A stretch of 64,000 nucleotides of DNA from Escherichia coli (lineage in GTDB: Bacteria; Pseudomonadota; Gammaproteobacteria; Enterobacterales; Enterobacteriaceae): NCBI RefSeq assembly GCF_003334255.1, contig NZ_QOWU01000022.1. One strand, given 5' to 3'. The position numbers were made by a program, and so were the translations under genes. The notes under the pieces were generated by a model. That model searched no databases and was not told the origin of the DNA. It saw only the letters and a list, made by a program, of their open reading frames with translations. Below, piece by piece: positions 56,121-64,000 of this stretch. How positions within the stretch are numbered: position 1 is the stretch's first letter; every line of letters starts with the position of its first letter.

Positions 56121-59100
56121 ATGATTACTATTGATGGTAATGGCGCGGTTGCTTCGGTGGCGTTTCGCACCAGTGAAGTTATCGCCATCTACCCTATTAC
56201 CCCCAGTTCCACGATGGCAGAACAGGCTGATGCCTGGGCCGGAAACGGCTTGAAGAACGTTTGGGGAGACACACCACGCGTGGTTGAAATGCAGTCGGAA
56301 GCGGGTGCTATCGCTACCGTGCATGGCGCTTTGCAGACGGGTGCCCTTTCAACATCGTTTACGTCATCGCAGGGTTTGCTGCTGATGATCCCGACGCTAT
56401 ACAAACTGGCAGGCGAACTCACACCGTTTGTCCTGCATGTAGCGGCACGTACCGTTGCCACACATGCACTTTCTATTTTTGGCGATCATTCCGACGTTAT
56501 GGCGGTGCGCCAGACGGGTTGCGCGATGTTGTGTGCGGCTAACGTCCAGGAAGCGCAAGACTTTGCTCTCATTTCGCACATCGCGACGCTGAAAAGCCGC
56601 GTGCCATTTATTCATTTCTTTGATGGTTTCCGTACGTCCCACGAAATCAATAAAATTGTCCCGCTGGCCGATGACACTATTCTTGATCTCATGCCGCAGG
56701 CCGAAATTGATGCTCATCGCGCCCGGGCGCTCAACCCGGAACATCCGGTGATCCGCGGTACGTCCGCCAATCCTGACACTTATTTCCAGTCTCGCGAAGC
56801 CACCAACCCATGGTACAACGCAGTCTATGACCATGTTGAACAGGCGATGAATGATTTCTCTGCCGCGACAGGTCGTCAGTATCAGCCGTTTGAATATTAC
56901 GGGCATCCGCAAGCGGAACGGGTGATTATCCTGATGGGCTCTGCCATTGGCACCTGCGAAGAAGTGGTTGATGAATTGCTAACCCGTGGCGAAAAAGTCG
57001 GCGTGCTGAAAGTTCGCCTGTACCGCCCCTTCTCCGCTAAACATTTACTGCAAGCTCTGCCGGGATCCGTACGCAGCGTGGCGGTACTGGACAGAACCAA
57101 AGAACCCGGTGCCCAGGCAGAACCGCTCTATCTGGATGTAATGACCGCACTGGCAGAAGCCTTTAATAATGGCGAGCGCGAAACTCTGCCCCGTGTCATT
57201 GGTGGGCGCTATGGTCTTTCATCCAAAGAATTTGGCCCAGACTGTGTACTGGCGGTATTTGCCGAGCTCAACGCGGCTAAACCGAAAGCGCGCTTTACGG
57301 TTGGTATTTACGATGATGTAACCAATCTGTCCCTGCCGTTGCCGGAAAACACCCTGCCAAACTCGGCGAAACTTGAAGCCTTGTTTTATGGCCTTGGTAG
57401 TGATGGCAGCGTGTCCGCGACCAAAAACAATATCAAGATTATCGGTAATTCCACGCCGTGGTACGCACAGGGCTATTTTGTTTACGACTCCAAAAAAGCG
57501 GGCGGCCTGACGGTTTCTCACCTTCGCGTGAGCGAACAGCCGATTCGTTCCGCTTATCTCATTTCCCAGGCTGATTTTGTTGGCTGCCACCAGTTGCAGT
57601 TTATCGATAAATATCAGATGGCTGAGCGTTTAAAACCTGGCGGCATTTTCCTGCTCAACACGCCGTACAGCGCAGATGAAGTGTGGTCGCGCTTGCCGCA
57701 GGAAGTTCAGGCCGTGCTAAACCAGAAAAAAGCGCGCTTCTATGTGATTAACGCAGCGAAAATCGCCCGCGAATGTGGCCTGGCGGCCCGTATTAATACC
57801 GTCATGCAGATGGCTTTTTTCCATCTGACGCAAATTCTGCCTGGCAATAGCGCCCTCGCAGAATTGCAGGGTGTGATTGCCAAAAGTTACAGTAGCAAAG
57901 GTCAGGATCTGGTGGAGCGCAACTGGCAGGCTCTGGCGCTGGCGCGTGAATCCGTAGAAGAAGTTCCGTTGCAACCGGTAAATCCGCACAGCGCCAATCG
58001 ACCGCCAGTGGTTTCCGATGCCGCCCCTGATTTCGTGAAAACCGTAACCGCGGCGATGCTCGCCGGGCTTGGTGATGCCCTCCCCGTTTCGGCGCTGCCG
58101 CCAGACGGCACCTGGCCGATGGGCACTACGCGCTGGGAAAAACGCAATATCGCCGAAGAGATCCCCATCTGGAAAGAGGAACTCTGTACCCAATGTAACC
58201 ACTGCGTTGCCGCTTGCCCACACTCAGCTATTCGCGCAAAAGTGGTGCCACCCGAAGCGATGGAAAACGCCCCTGCCAGCCTGCATTCGCTGGATGTGAA
58301 ATCGCGTGATATGCGCGGGCAGAAATATGTCTTACAGGTAGCTCCGGAAGATTGCACCGGTTGTAACCTGTGCGTCGAAGTTTGCCCGGCGAAAGACCGT
58401 CAGAATCCAGAGATTAAAGCCATCAATATGATGTCGCGCCTGGAACATGTCGAAGAAGAGAAAATCAATTACGATTTCTTCCTCAACCTGCCAGAAATCG
58501 ACCGTAGCAAACTGGAACGTATTGATATTCGTACATCGCAGCTGATTACACCGCTGTTTGAATATTCAGGTGCTTGCTCCGGTTGTGGCGAGACGCCGTA
58601 TATTAAATTGCTGACTCAGCTCTATGGCGACCGGATGTTGATCGCTAACGCCACCGGCTGTTCTTCAATTTATGGCGGTAACCTGCCCTCTACACCGTAT
58701 ACCACCGATGCCAACGGTCGTGGGCCGGCATGGGCGAACTCTCTATTTGAAGATAATGCCGAATTTGGCCTTGGTTTCCGCCTGACGGTCGATCAACACC
58801 GTGTCCGCGTGCTGCGTCTGCTGGATCAATTTGCCGATAAAATCCCGGCGGAATTACTGACTGCGTTGAAATCAGACGCCACGCCAGAGGTTCGTCGTGA
58901 ACAGGTTGCAGCTTTACGCCAGCAACTCAACGACGTTGCCGAAGCACATGAACTGCTACGTGATGCAGATGCACTGGTGGAAAAATCAATCTGGCTGATT
59001 GGTGGTGATGGCTGGGCTTACGATATCGGCTTTGGCGGTCTGGATCATGTATTGAGTTTGACGGAAAACGTCAACATTCTGGTGCTGGATACGCAATGCT

Positions 59101-59645
59101 ATTCCAACACCGGTGGTCAGGCGTCGAAAGCGACACCGCTGGGTGCAGTAACTAAGTTCGGCGAGCACGGCAAACGTAAAGCGCGTAAAGATCTTGGCGT
59201 CAGTATGATGATGTACGGTCATGTTTATGTGGCGCAGATTTCTCTCGGCGCGCAGCTCAACCAGACGGTGAAAGCGATTCAGGAAGCGGAAGCGTATCCG
59301 GGGCCATCGCTGATCATCGCTTATAGCCCATGTGAAGAGCATGGTTACGATCTGGCACTCAGCCACGACCAGATGCGCCAACTCACAGCTACCGGCTTCT
59401 GGCCGCTATATCGCTTCGATCCGCGTCGTGCCGATGAAGGCAAACTGCCGCTGGCGCTGGATTCACGCCCGCCGTCAGAAGCACTGGAAGAAACGTTACT
59501 TCACGAGCAACGTTTCCGTCGTCTGAATTCGCAGCAGCCAGAAGTGGCAGAACAGTTATGGAAAGATGCTGCAGCTGATTTGCAAAAACGCTATGACTTC
59601 CTGGCACAAATGGCCGGAAAAGCGGAAAAAAGCAACACCGATTAA
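56121..59645 (+). CDS. ydbK: Pyruvate:flavodoxin/ferredoxin oxidoreductase
   Basis: 1174-aa ORF with two ferredoxin-type 4Fe-4S cysteine clusters (CTQCNHCVAACP, CTGCNLCVEVCP). Confidence 0.9.
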   Translation: MITIDGNGAVASVAFRTSEVIAIYPITPSSTMAEQADAWAGNGLKNVWGDTPRVVEMQSEAGAIATVHGALQTGALSTSFTSSQGLLLMIPTLYKLAGELTPFVLHVAARTVATHALSIFGDHSDVMAVRQTGCAMLCAANVQEAQDFALISHIATLKSRVPFIHFFDGFRTSHEINKIVPLADDTILDLMPQAEIDAHRARALNPEHPVIRGTSANPDTYFQSREATNPWYNAVYDHVEQAMNDFSAATGRQYQPFEYYGHPQAERVIILMGSAIGTCEEVVDELLTRGEKVGVLKVRLYRPFSAKHLLQALPGSVRSVAVLDRTKEPGAQAEPLYLDVMTALAEAFNNGERETLPRVIGGRYGLSSKEFGPDCVLAVFAELNAAKPKARFTVGIYDDVTNLSLPLPENTLPNSAKLEALFYGLGSDGSVSATKNNIKIIGNSTPWYAQGYFVYDSKKAGGLTVSHLRVSEQPIRSAYLISQADFVGCHQLQFIDKYQMAERLKPGGIFLLNTPYSADEVWSRLPQEVQAVLNQKKARFYVINAAKIARECGLAARINTVMQMAFFHLTQILPGNSALAELQGVIAKSYSSKGQDLVERNWQALALARESVEEVPLQPVNPHSANRPPVVSDAAPDFVKTVTAAMLAGLGDALPVSALPPDGTWPMGTTRWEKRNIAEEIPIWKEELCTQCNHCVAACPHSAIRAKVVPPEAMENAPASLHSLDVKSRDMRGQKYVLQVAPEDCTGCNLCVEVCPAKDRQNPEIKAINMMSRLEHVEEEKINYDFFLNLPEIDRSKLERIDIRTSQLITPLFEYSGACSGCGETPYIKLLTQLYGDRMLIANATGCSSIYGGNLPSTPYTTDANGRGPAWANSLFEDNAEFGLGFRLTVDQHRVRVLRLLDQFADKIPAELLTALKSDATPEVRREQVAALRQQLNDVAEAHELLRDADALVEKSIWLIGGDGWAYDIGFGGLDHVLSLTENVNILVLDTQCYSNTGGQASKATPLGAVTKFGEHGKRKARKDLGVSMMMYGHVYVAQISLGAQLNQTVKAIQEAEAYPGPSLIIAYSPCEEHGYDLALSHDQMRQLTATGFWPLYRFDPRRADEGKLPLALDSRPPSEALEETLLHEQRFRRLNSQQPEVAEQLWKDAAADLQKRYDFLAQMAGKAEKSNTD

Positions 59646-59672
59646 ATGCTCTGGATAAGGATTATCCAATTC

Positions 59673-59784
59673 TAAAAAAAAAGCCCGGACGACTGTTCGG
59701 GCTTGTCTTTTTATATGTTGGAAAATCAGTGGCAATGCAATGGCCCAACAGAAAATAAAATCTGTGACAATAAAGGCATATAAC
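59673..59784 (-). ncRNA. micC: MicC small regulatory RNA
   Basis: Reverse complement of 59761-59784 is GTTATATGCCTTTATTGTCACAGA; ends in hairpin gcccgaacagtcgtccgggc plus U-run; sits between ydbK and ompN. Confidence 0.85.
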
Positions 59785-60011
59785 CCGCGCAGAATAACGT
59801 ATAGAAAATTAAAAGTATAATTTTTATTTTGTATGTATTATCTTCGATACATTCACCAGACTTATTATCATTTCAGAAGAATTATTTGATTAAGGTTTTA
59901 CTTAAGGCGTAACAAATGATATTTATCGGCTAACTGAACTTCTCCTTTAGGATGTTTTCACTCCCCGAAATGGGGATAAAAGGCAAATAAAATAACTAAA
60001 GGATTTATTCA

Positions 60012-61145
60012 ATGAAAAGCAAAGTACTGGCACTTTTAATTCCTGCCCTGCTCGCCGCAGGTGCTGCACATGCAGCCGAAGTTTATAATAAAGACGGCAA
60101 CAAATTAGATCTGTATGGCAAAGTTGATGGCCTGCATTATTTTTCTGATAATTCAGCGAAAGATGGCGACCAGAGCTATGCGCGTCTGGGTTTTAAAGGC
60201 GAAACCCAAATTAACGATCAACTCACTGGCTACGGTCAATGGGAATACAATATTCAGGCAAACAACACTGAATCTTCAAAAAACCAGTCATGGACCCGTC
60301 TGGCATTTGCCGGACTGAAATTTGCAGATTACGGTTCTTTCGATTACGGACGTAATTATGGCGTAATGTACGACATCGAAGGCTGGACCGATATGCTGCC
60401 TGAATTTGGCGGTGACTCTTATACCAATGCAGACAACTTTATGACTGGTCGAGCCAATGGCGTCGCGACTTATCGTAATACTGATTTCTTCGGTCTGGTA
60501 AATGGTCTGAACTTCGCGGTGCAGTATCAAGGTAACAACGAAGGAGCCAGTAATGGTCAGGAAGGCACCAACAACGGACGTGATGTTCGTCATGAAAACG
60601 GTGACGGCTGGGGTCTTTCCACAACATATGATTTAGGCATGGGCTTTAGCGCTGGTGCGGCATACACCTCTTCTGACCGCACCAATGACCAGGTTAACCA
60701 TACTGCGGCGGGTGGTGATAAAGCAGACGCGTGGACTGCTGGGCTAAAATACGATGCTAACAATATTTACCTGGCAACCATGTATTCAGAAACGCGTAAT
60801 ATGACCCCGTTTGGCGACAGCGATTATGCTGTTGCAAACAAAACCCAGAACTTTGAAGTCACTGCACAGTACCAGTTTGATTTTGGTCTGCGTCCGGCAG
60901 TCTCTTTCCTGATGTCTAAAGGCCGTGACCTGCACGCTGCCGGTGGTGCAGACAACCCGGCAGGTGTTGATGATAAAGATCTGGTTAAATACGCCGATGT
61001 TGGCGCGACTTACTATTTCAATAAAAACATGTCCACTTATGTTGACTATAAAATCAACCTGTTGGATGAAGATGACAGTTTCTACGCTGCCAACGGCATC
61101 TCTACCGATGATATTGTCGCTTTAGGTCTGGTTTATCAGTTCTAA
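60012..61145 (+). CDS. ompN: Outer membrane porin N
   Basis: 377-aa general-porin ORF with signal peptide and C-terminal ...LVYQF. Confidence 0.9.
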   Translation: MKSKVLALLIPALLAAGAAHAAEVYNKDGNKLDLYGKVDGLHYFSDNSAKDGDQSYARLGFKGETQINDQLTGYGQWEYNIQANNTESSKNQSWTRLAFAGLKFADYGSFDYGRNYGVMYDIEGWTDMLPEFGGDSYTNADNFMTGRANGVATYRNTDFFGLVNGLNFAVQYQGNNEGASNGQEGTNNGRDVRHENGDGWGLSTTYDLGMGFSAGAAYTSSDRTNDQVNHTAAGGDKADAWTAGLKYDANNIYLATMYSETRNMTPFGDSDYAVANKTQNFEVTAQYQFDFGLRPAVSFLMSKGRDLHAAGGADNPAGVDDKDLVKYADVGATYYFNKNMSTYVDYKINLLDEDDSFYAANGISTDDIVALGLVYQF

Positions 61146-61152
61146 ATCCTCC

Positions 61153-61178
61153 TGCCCGCTGTTATGGCGGGCTTTTTC
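61153..61178 (+). terminator. Rho-independent terminator of ompN
   Basis: gcccgc-tgttatg-gcgggc followed by ttttt. Confidence 0.75.
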
Positions 61179-61204
61179 TGCTTATTCTTCCTCCTTTGAT
61201 CTAA

Positions 61205-61720
<516 letters not shown>

Positions 61721-61726
61721 CACTAA

Positions 61727-61753
61727 CGCCCGCACATTGCTGCGGGCTTTTTG
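61727..61753 (+). terminator. Rho-independent terminator of uspF
   Basis: gcccgca-cattgc-tgcgggc followed by ttttt. Confidence 0.75.
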
Positions 61754-61895
61754 ATTCATTTCGCAAATGTGCTGACATTTTCCCCTCTAATCCGTACCAT
61801 ACACACCACTGTTTTTATTTCAGATTTCTTATGCTGGGCATTCCGGCATGACGCATACTCTTCTGATGCCATATAACGAATTGAGTCGCTTTTAA

Positions 61896-61949
61896 ATGTC
61901 GCAAAATCAAGAAATTAGTAAGAAAGAACAATACAACCTGAACAAGTAA
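61896..61949 (+). pseudogene. ttcC: 17-codon 5' fragment of ttcA (ttcC-like integration-site remnant)
   Basis: Own translation: MSQNQEISKKEQYNLNK then stop; resembles the recalled TtcA N-terminus MQENQQITKKEQYNLNK. Confidence 0.6.
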
Positions 61950-62399
61950 GGGCAAAGATCATAATCATCTGGCGTATAATTATTTTATTTAGTTTTAATA
62001 AATTAAGGCACGTCAGCAGCTACGATGAGCAATAATAACCCACTTTCTTTTTGTCCCATTTTTGCCACAATCAAATAGCCTGAAACCTAGGATAACCGCC
62101 ATTAAACAATAACTAGACCAGCAGACATGCCACTACCGGCACCGTAAAATCCATCAGGCTTGCCACATCCCACGCATGTGGTTCAAAACCGCCTCACCAC
62201 GGCATATTCATACGCTTGCTTGATATGTTCGGTTCCCCAAAAATAAATGGTAACACTACTACAGACTGCTCTTGAAGCACTGAAAGAGCAATACAAACTG
62301 ATTGGACATCATCGCAAAAGCGAAATCACCTTTTATCATCGGGAGGACGGCAGAACCGAAAAGCAAAAACTGCATTTTTCTTGCCCAAGATGTGTAACG

Positions 62400-62666
62400 G
62401 AAAACAGAAACCTTTATTAGTCGGTAAGCAGTTTGGGTGCGAGATGGAATGCAACAGTAATACGTGCTGGTATTCGCCGCCGTAATCCGTACCATACGCA
62501 ACATACTTTTGCCTGCTTACTGTTGACGATTTGAGCGAACCCGGCATTTATATTCAGCCAGACGGGGGATGAAACTGCGCAGATGGTGTATGAAGTGTAT
62601 GCTAATTGGATAGAAAACATGAACAATGAACAAATAGATTTTTTGAACAGAAAGCTATCATCGTGA
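62400..62666 (+). pseudogene. Decayed 3' end of a tyrosine recombinase (integrase) gene
   Basis: Own translation: ...IRAGIRRRNPYHTQHTFACLLLTI*, then in another frame ANPAFIFSQTGDETAQMVYEVYANWIENMNNEQ; no intact N-terminal region. Confidence 0.5.
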
Positions 62667-62751
62667 TGGCTCCTTAAAAAAGACTAAAAAACACCACGAA
62701 TATAGCGCATTACATATTAATGCAGGTGACGTAATGCCACCTACAATGATC

Positions 62752-64000
62752 TTAAGCATCACTCTTGTCTCGAGGTTCCTTTAGATTCAGAACTCGGATC
62801 AATCCATCATGTATTTTATATTCATCAGAATCAATAAACCCTTGTGAAGGGTAAAAACATTTATAACGCCAAATTGTAGACTGACCAACTTTAAACCCAA
62901 TCAATGATATATCGAACATAAAACGTATCTGTTCATTGATCAATTCAGTATTATAATTAGCATCTATTTTTTGCAATTCAGTAACCAGTTCATTCTTAGT
63001 AAAAATTGTAGATGAATGATTCTGTATAGCAGAAAGAAGTATTTTTATTTCAGGGCGCTGAACCGCCCATTCATCATTGATTTCCTGTTTTAACCACTCT
63101 GAGTAACTTGGCTCAGCCTGGTAAATATATTCAACCTCCAACTTATCACCAACAAAATCATTATCTGAGAACGGATCGTTTTTATCATCGCGCATGGAAC
63201 TAATTGTTTTAGTTAATAAACATATCATATCGCGAGGACGCATCATCGAGCGCTTCATCAGATAATTAAAAGGTTTTGCACGCTGCCGCATCTCATGACG
63301 GTCAAAAAGTTCATCAACATCATGAACTAGATCTTTATTTACATTGGCGGCATAATAATTTATTCTTTGGAGAAGCATCTTCATTAAAGTTTCTCTACTC
63401 CAATGAAGAAGAGCCCCGCAATCCTCTCGAAGTTTATTAGAGTCATTCAAGCTCAATACTTCGAATATATCTTCTCGCAGAAAAATCAAAGGTCTAATGT
63501 TACCATTATATTTTGGGGTTATGGCATCAGCAGCGGTGACTAACCCTGCTATAACCCTTCTCGATACATCGACTGAAATTTCATCCCATGCTTCGTCTAT
63601 ACGATCAAAACAAACAAAAACTTTTGCATGCATTGGTTGGCTACTTCGGAGACAATTTTCAAAGTAATCAATTAAATGATCAATATTATTACATAACTTA
63701 TCACGTAAGTCGGGATCATTCGAAGCGGATTCGAAATTTACTTCGCCTCCATCTAACTCAAGGGAATTCAAGTCACCGTCAGATAAATCCAAACCAGCTT
63801 TTGGCAAAGAAATTTTTCCTAAACCCAGTAACTTCCTCCCCACTAATACAGAAATAGAAGGGAATGGTGTATCAAAAATTTTCTCCAGTGCAACTTTAGC
63901 ATTTTTTAATGGTTTAGGTATTGGGTGATGCTGCCAACTTACTGATTTAGTGTATGATGGTGTTTTTGAGGTGCTCCAGTGGCTTCTGTTTCTATCAGCT
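62752..64000 (-). CDS. Uncharacterized protein, 5'-truncated by the window edge, in AT-rich accessory DNA
   Basis: ORF 62752..63843 stays open in frame to base 64000 (own translation of the upstream 157 nt); stop TAA at 62752-62754; AT-rich composition unlike flanking core genes; no confident family assignment. Confidence 0.6.
   Translation of the reverse strand, partial: ADRNRSHWSTSKTPSYTKSVSWQHHPIPKPLKNAKVALEKIFDTPFPSISVLVGRKLLGLGKISLPKAGLDLSDGDLNSLELDGGEVNFESASNDPDLRDKLCNNIDHLIDYFENCLRSSQPMHAKVFVCFDRIDEAWDEISVDVSRRVIAGLVTAADAITPKYNGNIRPLIFLREDIFEVLSLNDSNKLREDCGALLHWSRETLMKMLLQRINYYAANVNKDLVHDVDELFDRHEMRQRAKPFNYLMKRSMMRPRDMICLLTKTISSMRDDKNDPFSDNDFVGDKLEVEYIYQAEPSYSEWLKQEINDEWAVQRPEIKILLSAIQNHSSTIFTKNELVTELQKIDANYNTELINEQIRFMFDISLIGFKVGQSTIWRYKCFYPSQGFIDSDEYKIHDGLIRVLNLKEPRDKSDA

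Noticed and set aside
56189-58357. Several 90-171-aa minus-strand ORFs
   Set aside because: Antisense within ydbK
62259-62626. Three 69-81-aa minus-strand ORFs
   Set aside because: Antisense to the decayed integrase fragment; no start or ribosome-binding-site support
63844-64000. Possible Walker A in GRKLLGLGKIS of the edge ORF
   Set aside because: Spacing does not fit GxxxxGK[ST]; the NTPase assignment stays speculative

Overview
This window reads as Escherichia coli core chromosome, the yncD–ydc–teh–trg–gapC–aldA–hrpA–ynb–ydb–ldhA–ydbK–ompN–uspF region, in reverse orientation relative to the K-12 map. Gene identities come from reading the supplied ORF translations and my own translation of short regions, compared against recalled E. 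coli proteins; no database search was possible. About 60 features are listed, nearly all on one strand-consistent, gene-dense backbone. The strain is clearly not K-12 MG1655: gapC and the giant autotransporter ydbA are intact, there is no IS609 (insQ) between ydcL and ydcO, the fea/tynA/paa cluster is absent between ydbL and ydbA, and about 1.5 kb of the ynbABCD locus appears to be missing. I did not find a convincing novel multi-gene system inside the window. The only accessory DNA is the last ~2 kb after uspF: a ttcA 5' fragment, two decayed integrase 3' ends, and an AT-rich ORF of unknown function that runs off the window edge. That ORF is the best candidate for something undescribed, but its N-terminus and neighbours are not visible here. 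Other points worth checking are an apparent +1 frameshift in the hicA toxin gene next to an intact hicB, and a possible in-frame ynbA'-'ynbC fusion.
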